From contig OZ316894.1 of assembly GCA_973895155.1 (NCBI GenBank), forward strand, positions 3,930,944 to 3,994,943: a stretch of DNA of 64,000 nucleotides, read 5' to 3'. A program made the position numbers and the translations under genes. Positions 38,701 to 49,560 of this stretch are shown in pieces. Each line of letters opens with the position of its first letter. Within the stretch, counting starts at the first letter, position 1. The notes below the pieces were generated by a model. The model had not been told where the DNA came from and did not search any database. It saw nothing but the letters and a program-made list of their open reading frames with translations. This stretch comes from Marsupella aquatica. Its lineage: Eukaryota; Plantae; Marchantiophyta.

Positions 38701-40506
38701 AACATAGAATTGCTTATCTTGTGTTTGGCTTGAATGTTCAAGAGCCCCAATATGGCAGAAAGACGGCTCAACCGAGCACCCTCAAAAATAGGTGTTCGAG
38801 CATGTTCCTCTGCCTCTTTCCATTGTTGTTGTCCCTCTGGAGTATGTTGTGGCCGTGGGTCATTTGAAGGGCCAACCTCATGACCAATGTGAGGCACATC
38901 ATCCTCAACATCGGCACCAAACCAATCAACCATGAAGTCATCCATGGCTCTATCTTGATCATGCATGACCTGGTCATCAGTCCGAGGTGCGGCTTCCTCA
39001 TCAGCACCACCTACATCATTACTTGATGAGGAATCACCCTCTGATGGTTCTCCCTCTTCTGGCATACCCATCTCCCGATATGTTGCTCTCAACCTTCGTG
39101 GTAACATTTGTTGAGATGGTTGCGCATTCTATGCACATTACAACCAAAAAACCTCCTCATGTATATTTGACCAAGTACAACAAATTAAAATAGACTTAAC
39201 ACCATTCATTCAAGACATTAAGAATTAAAGTAAATGCATGGGCTAAAACCTTATTACTCCAAAATGAGCCCAAAGGCCATATATATAATAGTAAATGGGA
39301 AGTCCAAAATAGGTGCAAGAGGATAAAGGACATGATTTCCTAATCCCACTCATAGTGTGTGAATAACTCATCTCCTGCTCTAATGGTCCTAGTAGCAAGA
39401 ACTAAGCAATGGTCCTTATGATATGTCGTGCCATATGGTGCCGGCATTGGACCATCAGTAAAAACCCACTCACAATTGGCCCTACGCTTGGGCCGAGTCC
39501 CCACAGTACTATTTATGAAACCAGCAATATTCCCATTACGTATGGGATCACCATCTATCACCCGCTGCTCACTATACCTTCTAGTGCTACCATCAAAAGT
39601 ATCCATCTCTAGAGCATATGTTTTCCACTCAGGATGTTGTGCAAGGATCATGTTCCAATGTCTTCTCTTGTAGATGGGTCCACCGTATGGGAACAAAGTA
39701 GGACCCTCTCTACCACGAACACTTGACCCACCCTCCTCATCCATGATGATATCCTCACAAGCAAATACTCCATATCCATGTCTCTCTCCAAGTGTGGAAG
39801 TTTTCACAATCCAACGTCTACCCCAAACCACAATCTCCTCATCAAAATCTGTAAAATAAGGCAAGCCAAGAGTGATAGGTTCCCAATCCTTGATGATAGA
39901 GGCACACTTGCTAGTGAATGAACAAACACCCCACCTACCCTGAACTAGTGTTCTGGATGGGTCATTGGGTGCTCGTGGCCTCCTGTTGGATTGGGGCCTA
40001 GACCGGGGTCTTCGTGTCTCAGTGGGCACATGAGGGTGTTCCCCTTCTGTCCCATGACTGGTACTAATTCCCAAACCCAAGGCTTGTGAAAGTGCATTGC
40101 CTATAGCATCTAAAACTCCTTGTGATGGGACATAGGGTGGTGGTGTCACCAATCTACGCATACTGGATCCCTATTCCATGCAAACACCCACAAACAACCA
40201 AATGTGTAAACCATATGTGTAAACATTGATTCACCTCTAAAAATAACAGTAAAGAACGGCAATCAATTGAAACAAACTTACCATATGGGATGAAGAAGCC
40301 CCGGGAGTAAGACCTCTATGACGTCCATATCTCTCAATATGTTGAGCACACACATAAGATTTTTGAGAAATTTGGCCCACACATCTGGTGCAGTCATAAA
40401 GTCTTCGGGGTGGACCACGAGGACCAGTAATCTCGGGCTGAGGAGGAGGGGGTATATCATCATCGGAGGAGTACTCACTACTGGATAGTTCAGAGGACGA
40501 GGACAT
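35736..40506 (-). pseudogene. TnpD/Tnp2-type transposase of the inner CACTA; predicted exons 40506-40282, 39128-37953, 37855-36394 and 36222-35736; one frameshift near 38457
   Basis: Motifs VRLGLASDGVSP, WTMHDYPG, LDPMHIEGN, LKTHDYH, HLLVHLVHEV, WMYWLERYM, FKCKWF and EPFTFPSHVEQCFY. All three predicted introns are GT-AG and preserve frame. Restoring 1 nt gives VRWFPIIPRL. Confidence 0.9.
39340..40506 (-). CDS. SET-domain protein (putative lysine methyltransferase) of the inner CACTA; exons 40506-40282 and 40170-39340
   Basis: STLGERHGYGVFA (motif I), PYGG, IDG...GNIAGFINS...ANC (NHS-like) and LATRTIRAGDELFTHY (ELxxDY-like). No post-SET cysteines. The SET exon is uninterrupted, and a phase-0 GT-AG intron at 40281-40171 links it to the upstream exon. 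Confidence 0.85.
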
Positions 40507-40639
40507 ATCCACTGCCACATTACATTGCATGTAGGGCATGATTAGGAAAAATTAGGCCATATATAAAGCGATTTAAAAAAAAATGAACTCAAAAAACAAT
40601 TAGGTTGGTTTATACATGGGGTTTTATTACCCTTTTATA

Positions 40640-41680
40640 TTTGTTAGCATGAAACCCAAATTAAGGTGAGTGTCATGCAAGAAGAAACCACATTATAACC
40701 TTTGGGAAAATTGTAATACCCTATGTCCTAAGTGAGGTTAGATTATTACCTGAATGAGACCCGGGCTCAACAGTGCCTATAGGTCACGTGGCTTTTGGAA
40801 CATTTGCCAAATCTAGAAGTAGGAGGAAAATACTGGAAACAAAATATAAGTTTGGATGGTAATTAGCAGCCGTCAAGTTGTGGAATCTTAGACATTTACC
40901 CACATATATCATGGCACAACAAAGAAGGGCAAGCATAAAAATCTGTACTAACAACATTGACTGTATACATGATGTTATACCTTTTAGATGCCCGGGTTCC
41001 CACAATGCATATGCATTAGACAAAAGTTGAGGTAGTAGTGTTGGCCCTGCGTTGTATCATGATTACATGGGTTTTCCCCTCAATTGTTAGCATAAAACCC
41101 TAAACCCTAAACCCTTATCCCCCCTCGAGTGAAAGGTGAGTGTCATGCAATAAAAACCCACCCTAGACCCCTGGGAAAACTCTAAAGGCCTAAGCCCAGA
41201 ATGAAGTTGGACAATAATTACCTGAATGAGATCCGGACTCAATAGTGCCTGTAGGTCGTGTGGCTCATTGAACATGAGCTGAATCTAGAAGCACGAGGGA
41301 AAATACTGGAAACAAAAAAGTAAGTTTGGATAGCCATTAGCTTCTCTCAAGTTGTAGACCCCCAAACATGTGCATATAGATATTCTTGCACAACAAAGAA
41401 GGGCAAGGTTTATGAACAATCTCTTTATCAAACCCTGCTAACATACATGTTTAAATATACCTTTTAGATGTCCGGGTTCCCACAATGCATATGCATTAGA
41501 CAAAAGTTGAGGAAGCAGTGATGGTCCTGCACTGGATCATGATTACATGGGATTTCCCTCAATTGTTAGCATAAAAACCAAAACCTCATCCCGCTTCAAG
41601 TGAAAGGTGAGTGTCATGCAATAAAAACCCACCATAGACCCTTGGGAACTCTAAAAGCGTAAGCCAATGAAGTTAGCAAA
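40640..41680. repeat. About 450-480 bp tandem duplication, about 2.3 copies, in the divergent-promoter region of the inner CACTA
   Basis: ttgttagcat...aaggtgagtgtcatgcaa occurs near 40641, 41084 and 41563. cccacaatgcatatgcattagacaaaagttgagg occurs twice. Confidence 0.85.
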
Positions 41681-42418
41681 AACCTAAATGGTCAATTCCC
41701 TTCAACCATCCTATGCTTCTCTCTACCATAATTATATGCCACCCCTCTTGGTTACCCTCCTAAGATACCATAAAAGTAACCCAAGATACTATAAAACTGA
41801 AACCTCTCTTTCAAACCCTCCTAAGTTGGCCTAAACCCCAAAACCCAAAACATAAAACCCCTCCTAGCTCTTACCCTCCAATACATATAACCCCAACCTT
41901 CATAAATAAAACCCCCCTGCAAACCCAAAACATAAAACCCCTCGTATCTAAGCCAATCTAAGCCCAACCTTCACAAAAGAAACCCTCCCCTAACCAGGCC
42001 AAACCCCCTCCTCTTACCCTGCAATATAACTCCTTCAATTTTCTAACCCCCCCAATCCTTATCTCATCACATCCCACTAAAATGCAACATAATCCTCTAC
42101 ATCTACCCCATTTAATGTTCATAAGCCCCCTTAGTATCCCTAACAACACATCAAATACGCATGCGAGACGGGGGTTATGGCAAAACCAAACAGCGAAGGC
42201 TTTTGCGAATCTTGAAGCTTCGCAAAGATAGAATTTGCGAAGCTTTTTGCGAAGGCCGATGCATCGCAAATTGCGATGCGAAACGAATCGCAAAGCCCAA
42301 TATTTTGAATCCTTATGGATTGCCAAGCGCGGACAAGGCGGATTCAATTCATTCAGGCCTGAGGAGAGCAACGAGGGCAAGGGCGGAGCGATGGCGAGCG
42401 AAGAGGGGACTGGTGGTG

Positions 42419-44544
42419 ATGGAGGAGCTTCTGGCAGCAGCGGAGGCAACCGAGGGGGGGGGGGATCGATTGAAGGCGATTGTGGATGAGCATTTTTCGG
42501 TTGCACAGTTGAGTCAAATTGATTTCACCAGTCCAGCAGGGCTGGCATCATTGAGTGCCCTTCTGGGCCAAGCCTTGCAAGCAGGTCTCACTGCAGGGCA
42601 AGCAGCAGTGGAGGAGGATGCAAGGAAGGCAGCAGAGCAGGCGGCTGCTGAGAGGAAGCGAAAGAGGGACGAGAGAGCTCAAGCTGGAGTGCTCTTGCCT
42701 CAAGCATTGGAAAAGAAGAGGAGGAAAGATGAGAGAGACCTGATCAGGAAACAGAGGGAGGAGCAAAGAAAGAAGGAGGCAGCAAGGAGGAAGCTGCCTC
42801 TGATTACTTTAGAGGATGAGGGGATTCCCACCGAGCTTGCTTACAATGGGGCCAAGAGCACAATCAGGCACATTGTATCCACAAATTTTGCAAGAGGAGT
42901 CGAGTGGGGCACTCGCTCAAAGGCAGAGCAGAAGCGAGTCATCAATCAGGTGAAAGATGCATTTCGAAATGGAGGAGAGATGGATTCACAGTGGCTTGCT
43001 GACAAAATTTCAAACTCCATGTCACAAGCTAGATACCATGATAGAATGAAGATCAGGTCTCACCTTAGAGATTTGGAGGAGTATAGGAATTTGCAGAGGC
43101 CGCTGCAATTCTCATAAGATATCTGGCAGGCCTTCTACCAGACAGAGGTGAAGTTGAAAGCAGCCAGGCTCCTCAATGATTTCACAGAGAAGCTGACAAA
43201 GGCTCAAAGGGCAAAGGAGGCCGGGAAGTCTGACCGGGACCTGAAGGTGATGGAGCAGAAGGTAGCCCAGCTCCAGCAGGTTGTAGCAGAAGTAGGCGAT
43301 CCACCCAACAAGTTCCTGAAGGCAGCTGAGCGAGTCCGAGACAAGCCCAACATCACCCACAAGCTGGGTCAAGGTGGCCTCCCCGGCCTCAAAGCAGCAT
43401 TCGTGAGTGCACCTCCCTCTCCTCCCTTGACTTCTTGCTACTCCAATTCGTATTCCAACACACCTGCAATGAGCCAACTCTTTCTTGCATTTCCACCAAG
43501 TAGTTACAATTAGACTTGTTGTGTCAGATTAGGTCACGTACAGTTGCTTCCCTCTCGGGTTTTTGCCATGACAGAGTTTGCGATACATTTGCGATGCGGG
43601 TAGCTTCGCAAATCCTTCGCAAACCTTATTATGCCCTTTTTTTGCTTACGTTTGTGAAGGCGTTGCGAAGACGTTCGCATTGCAACCAGCTTCGCAAACG
43701 TAATTGTCCTTATGATTGCGAAGCTGGCGCCTTCACAAAATTTCAAAAATTTGAATTTTTAAATTTTCCGATCGTTTAAGTGTTCTTTGAGGGTCTTCCC
43801 CATATATGCCACCCTCCATAACCCCAAAACCTTGATGCACCACCCCACCAGCCCCAACAAACCCCCTAATTTTTAGAAGCCATGTGAATCGGGTTATGGG
43901 TTGGTGTTAACCCAATTGTGCTGGTTTTGTTTTGGCTTAGTACAAGAGGTACAAGAGGAAGATTACGGCGGCTGAGATGGAGGTGGGCCAGAAACATGGG
44001 AAGGAGCATCTCTTTCAGCAAGTTGATGAATTATTGGTGAGAATTTTTAGGTTATTACATTCATTGCAATTTTGAATGAATATCTCTTTTGTTCACACTT
44101 GTAAAGAATATGAGACTAACAGACACCCTGGTTTGCTAATGGAAGCAGGGAGGGGAGGATGGTGACTCCCATACCGAGGGTGGCACCGATAGTAGTGATG
44201 AGGATGTGGAGGGGACAGGGGAGGGGAGCACAGCTCCTGCTACTCAAGCCAGGCCAACTAGCACTGGAGACCAGTCATTTGCATCAGCACGTTCCAGTGG
44301 TGCTAGGGGTGGTAGCGCGGCAAGCCAGGGCGGTGGAGGTGGGGATGAGGATGAGGATGAGGATGAGGGTGACCCCGAGGGTGACCAAGAGGAGGAGGAA
44401 GTCCAGATTGCACCCCCCCCCAAGAGCACACAAGGGCAAGGAGAAGGCCAAGGGGAAGAAGGCAAGGAGGGGCAGGAACACTCCTTTCTAGCTCGATGTA
44501 GACAAGTTGTAGCTAGAGCACTTACATCGAGTTCACATGTATAG
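42419..44544 (+). pseudogene. Probable TnpA-like accessory gene of the inner CACTA, divergent from TnpD; exons about 42419-43402, 43941-44035 and 44149-44544; premature TAA at 43115
   Basis: Coiled-coil/basic N-terminus, RPLQFS*DIWQAFY, ITHKLGQGGL (resembles the HxxGxxG of Ptta-type proteins) and an acidic Gly-rich tail. gtgag donors and ag acceptors are present. Confidence 0.65.
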
Positions 44545-45436
44545 CGATCAGCATGCATGGCCGTGGCACTTTACCTAAGGGTTTTTACCCTTCCATTTTG
44601 TAACTTTTGTACTTTTTCAGTAATGCCATTTTAATTGCGGCAGACTGGGTCAACATCACTTTCATCCCTCCTTCAAAACCCATGAATGGTCTCCCTCACC
44701 CTCACCCTAACCCAAATACACAAAAACCCATGAAATATACATTTTGTGAAGCTTTTGAGAACCAACCCCCATCTCAAAGACCCACGGTGAACGTATCGCA
44801 ACCATTCCGAGGAGAAACGCATCGCAACACTTGCGATGTTGTCTAAATCACAACCCTAGCGAAGACTTCCTCTCCACATGTTTGCGAGTTAAATGCCTTC
44901 GCAACAAAGCGGTCATCCACTTCTCGCAATCTTACGAGTTTGTTTGCATCGCAAGTTATAGAGAAATTTAACATCGGAAATTGCGATGTAAATGTTATCG
45001 CAACGCGAGCGATTCATTTGTTCTCGCAAAATAATGAAATTTGTCGTTTCTCAATATTTGCAAGGACAGTGCCGTTGCAACGTTGCGGAGATGTTGCGAC
45101 GTATTTAGAATCGCAAGTTGCGAAGTAGTTGCGAAGGGCCGTTTGCGAAGAATTTGAGATGGGAAGTAGCGAATACGTTGCGATGCGAGTAAGTTCGCAA
45201 ATTGGGTATTTCGGATTTTGTTTCCTTTGTATGATGCGAAGGGTGGTGGTTCGCAAAAGAGGTGCATAGTGTTGTAGTGTCAATTGGATTTGTGATATAT
45301 ATCGAATGTTTCTTTAAGTTTTCATTCAGCAAATCTATTGAATGGCTTTGTAATGTATGATTTTTGATTGACATCAAGTTTTATCTATCATGATCACTTA
45401 AATTTGAATTTCTCCAAATCATTGAATACTTCGTCT

Positions 45437-46145
45437 GAATGACTAGCTTGAATGACTAAATGACTGGCTAGAATGACTGATGTAATGGTCATTATTCACA
45501 ACTATCTTTGTGACCAATATGACTCAACTCTGGTCATTAAAGACATAGACTAAATGATTCAAAGAATGACATATACAATGACCTTTCTCATGGTCATTAT
45601 AAACAAGTCCACTATGACTCACTTTATGTCATTCAAGACATGTCATTAATGACTAATGTGTATCTTTACGTGTCTTCTCCCAATTGAACCACGTGTCTCA
45701 ATATGACTTGTTTATACTGTAGTCATTTTGGACATGTCCAAAATGACCCAAATATATTGCCAAATGGTGAATCCTCTTTGAACCACGTGTCACTATTTGA
45801 TTTGTTATATAATGTACGTCATTTTGGACAAGTCCAAAATGACCAATGTTATTTGTTTTTTTATTGCCACGTGTCGTTGTGTGATTGGGTACGGGGACCA
45901 CCGACGGTCAACGGCAATTGACCGTCGATGGTGATTTGTGTCGTCATTTTGGACCGTTCAACATTTATGACCATATCATAAAAACGGTCATTTAGGATAG
46001 TATGAAATGACCACATGTTTTTAGCGTCATTTGTCCAAAAGGACCGTGACCAAAATGTCCGTTGTGACGCGTCTGGAAATACGAGAACAATTGCGTCATT
46101 GTTTTGTTAAAAAGACCTGATTAATAGTCATTGTTTCGGTCATAA
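45437..46145. repeat. Right subterminal AATGAC/GTCATT repeats of the outer CACTA
   Basis: Dense aatgac/gtcatt motifs lead up to the right TIR. Confidence 0.85.
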
Positions 46146-46367
46146 AATATTTGTTTTCTACTAGTGCAAGTAGAGTAACTTAACAATATGTAATTTCTGT
46201 ATATGGGTTACTCAATCCTGTTATGGTTACGGCTTAATTCTAGTTAACCCTTAGTTAACCTTAAATGGTTTTTAGGGGGACACCTATGGTTTTAGGTGAT
46301 TGTCTAGAATTTCCCGCTGAGTATCTCATATGGATAGCAGAAATTGTAGTCCCCAAGACTAGAGTCA

Positions 46368-46375
46368 AGGGGGAG
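46368..46375 (+). promoter_or_regulatory. Polypurine tract of the copia element
   Basis: AGGGGGAG lies 2 nt before the 3' LTR. Confidence 0.9.
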
Positions 46376-46377
46376 TT

Positions 46378-46710
46378 TGTTAAGGATTGCTCTTAGTCTT
46401 GTGACTCATAGGTTACGGTACTTAGGCTAACCACAGTTAGGATCTTAGCTGAGGTTAGGTTAGTCGTGTGTGACCTTGTATATACCAGGGCTAGTGTAAG
46501 CCGTTGGTGTGTGATGCTTACTGATGGTAACGGAGCAACTTGAGGAAGAGGGAGAGCATGTGTGTTCGTTTACTCTTGAAGTAAAAGCTTGAGTGTTCAG
46601 GTGGACGTAGCCTTGGAGAAGAGGTGAACCACGTAGAGATTGTGTCGACTACGTGTGCATGGAATGAATCATGGTTGTATGGTCGTTGCGAATGACATCT
46701 TAGTTCAACA
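46378..46710 (+). repeat. 3' LTR of the copia element
   Basis: Direct repeat of 11716-12048, followed by the TSD ATGCA. Confidence 0.97.
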
Positions 46711-49039
46711 ATGCAATGGCCAAACAAACTTGAGACTGGGACCCATGTGATTGGTTTGGGATTAACCTCGGGATTAACTTGGATTGGGCCAAACTTATTT
46801 TCCATTTTGATTGAAATTGTTTGGATGGTGAACGGGAACTTTCCAGCCTGTGGATGGGGGTATTAGACAAAATACTCAATCATGTTTTTGGCCAGGGATC
46901 CCTTTGGATATGCAACTCTTGTATAATAGGCAGGGTCTACATTTTTATATAGACTAAAAGTTTGGGTAAAAAATAAATTTAAAAAGCTGGGCTTTCCACT
47001 TAATTTTTTTTTGAGTCATATCTAAAGTTTGATTTGTTAGTTTTCCATGTAGGATTAGTCAATACGTCATGGTGATCCTTAGTAATGGCATGTCATCTTG
47101 ACGTCTTTCAGGTTCAAGGTCATCAAGTCGTCAAGTTACCAAGAAAATTGGTTTGGAAATGTAATTGAAACTGGCTGCAATGGTAAGGAGACCGTTTACA
47201 GGTCACATTTCCAGTCAAAAGTGTAAAATGATTAAATGTTTAGACTTTCTAAGTCAGTTCAAATGTTTTGAGCAAGTCCATCCAAGCTTTGCTAGGTCCA
47301 TCTGGGCTTCATATATAGACAACGTGGAGGTCCATCAGGGCACTACATATATACATCTAAAGTTTTTCCATATCAAAACAAGTATGTTTGTTTTTTAAAC
47401 TAAGTTATATTTTGAAATCCTTGAATTGAAAGGTACAAGAGTTTGGTAGACTAAAATGACACTTCACATGGTCAATTGAATATAAAGCCACTATAATGAA
47501 TCAAAGGCTTGCATTATAAGAAAAGGGAGTTGTTTATCCAAGGGGGAGTCATCACACAACCAAGTATTGTTACACCAATGACCACATGGATGTAATGAGT
47601 CTACATGCACACTGATGTAATCAGTCCAAAGGCAAACCCAGTAGTATCAAATTTGCAGATGTATGCTTGCTGGTTTTGTAAGCATGGTCTCTCCATCCCA
47701 CCATTCATAAATTTGTCTCAAACATTCGAGCCCATTCAGATTGCGGAAAATCAAATGCAGATTTAAAGTGATCCAATGACATAATAGAGCATTCGCGTGG
47801 CTTCAAATTAAAGTCTTTTAGACCTACAGTAGCCTTCCATCAATTTCTGACCTAACAAGTTTCAACCAAGCCCTGAGCTAAACTCCCATGACATTGTATT
47901 TGAGTTTTGATTATCTATTTTCTAATTGGTATTTGAGTTTTGATTATATATTTCATCTTTTGTACTTGCAGGGTGTTGTGTCATAATTTTGCCATTGTGT
48001 TCAAATATTGGGGTTGTCATATGTTTGCTAACTTAACGACAACGCTCGGGTGTCTTACTTAGCTTATAAATCTTACTTATAAGCATCAACCACAAGCTAG
48101 AATTTAGACCTAGGCTTCTAGAGTGAAACCTCTAGACAGTAACTTCATGGCCCACCATGTGGATAGGAAAATTCATGGCTATGGTGTATGTCAAATGATA
48201 ATACATGATTTTTGTTTACATCCAAAAAATGTACTCTATGGCCCCACCATAATATATGTGCGTAGAAAGAGTGATGTGCATGAAAAGAAGGATGATATGT
48301 ATGTATGATTATTAAAATGCTAATCATGTCTCCCGGTTGGGCGCTCTTTCCTTTGTGGAGTGTGATAATTTATACTATATATGATATGATAATTGGTTTT
48401 TTATCATTCTCTTAACCTTCAAAGGATGTGAATGAGGAATCTCCTTTGGTGACACTTTTATTGAACTCTCCGCTAGTCACTATCAAAGGGGCTAGTTGTG
48501 TTAAATAAACATTCTCTTCTAATTTAATACACTATCAAAGGGGCTAGTTGTGTTAAATAGACATTCTCTTCTGATTTGATATGTCTTTTCTCATGGGACC
48601 CACCAAAATTTCCCGGATTTCGAACACACAGACATGGCGATGTGTTAGGAGACAGCAACGTTGCTTTGATTGACGATATGGCCTGCAACCGAGAGCAGCT
48701 GCCGATTGTATATATGGGCAGGAATGGTCACCCTGCCATTGCAAGAATTGCCAATCACGTAATCTGCTGAACACGACGATGTCTTCAGTGACCCGAATCC
48801 GACTCACACCACATTGACAAAGGCGGATATAGTCAGATGTCCACAAAATCGTCTTTGGAAAAGCGCAGATGCTCGTATATGCTCGTATTCCAACCGCCGC
48901 CGGATCTAAGAATTGTAAAGAAGTGGGCACGACAGCAAGTAGTGTGGAAATTACGAAGTTGTTCTGCGTGTTGGGTTGATGGTGAGGGTCATCCTGATAC
49001 TAGCTTCGTTCCTGTGTCCACCTCAGTGCATGTCGTCTG

Positions 49040-49560
49040 ACGATTGGGCTTGTTGCACAGCTCAAAAAGCTGCTCGGATTGCTTTGCCGATGAGATCATG
49101 GCAAATTGTGCATTTGGAAACTTCGGTATAATTTTCTTTGCTTGCCTTTTACAATTCTTGCTTCCCCGCAATGCCTTTGCGAAGTGCTGGTTGACTGTTT
49201 GGCTTGATGCACATGTTGGAAATCTGCGCTCCAACGCAGCTTGGTTTGGTTTGCCGATGAGATCATCACAAACTGTGCAAGCACTCGGAAACTTTGGTGC
49301 TTCTGCGTACCTTTTACAATTATTGCTTCCCGTCACAGCCTTTGCGAGGTGCTGGTTAACTCTTTTGGTTTGATGCATATGTAGAGAATTTGCGCTCCAA
49401 AGCTGGTCGGTTTGCTTTGCCGATGAGATCATGACAAACAGTGCAAGCACTCGGAAACTTTGGTGCTTTTGCGTGCCTTCTGCATTTATTCCTTCCTCTC
49501 AAAGCAATTGCGAAAATTGAAGGACGATGCTTCGTCGAAGCACATGTAAACGCGTATCAT
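49040..49560 (-). repeat. About 168-bp triplicated Cys/His-containing coding-like repeat with frameshifts
   Basis: tttgccgatgagatca occurs near 49083, 49250 and 49416. The minus-strand unit reads PKFPSACTVCxDLIGK...TCAS...NQHFAKAxxGSxNCKR. Confidence 0.6.

Larger units (their letters stand above)
34382..45279. mobile_element. Inner CACTA DNA transposon, 10.9 kb, a different family from the outer one
   Basis: Ends are CACTACTACA... and ...TGTTGTAGTG. 3-bp TSD TCA at 34379-34381 and 45280-45282. TCGCA/TGCGA subterminal arrays at both ends. It has its own TnpD and a TnpA-like gene. Confidence 0.92.
17946..46166 (+). mobile_element. Outer CACTA (En/Spm) DNA transposon, 28.2 kb (17.3 kb without the inner element)
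   Basis: TIRs CACTAGAAGAAAACA and TGTTTTCTACTAGTG match at 14/15. 3-bp TSD CAA at 17943-17945 and 46167-46169. AATGAC/GTCATT subterminal repeats at both ends. TnpD- and TnpA-like genes inside. Confidence 0.96.
11716..46710 (+). mobile_element. Ty1/copia LTR retrotransposon, 6.77 kb once the nested CACTA is removed; structurally complete, coding region decayed
   Basis: Two 333-bp TG...CA LTRs. 5-bp TSD ATGCA at 11711-11715 and 46711-46715. PBS and PPT present. Domain order is gag-PR-IN-RT-RNaseH. Confidence 0.97.

Noticed and set aside
34382-45279. Reading the two transposase genes as one element with two TnpD genes
   Set aside because: The inner block has its own CACTA termini, TCA TSD and a different subterminal motif, so it is a separate nested insertion.
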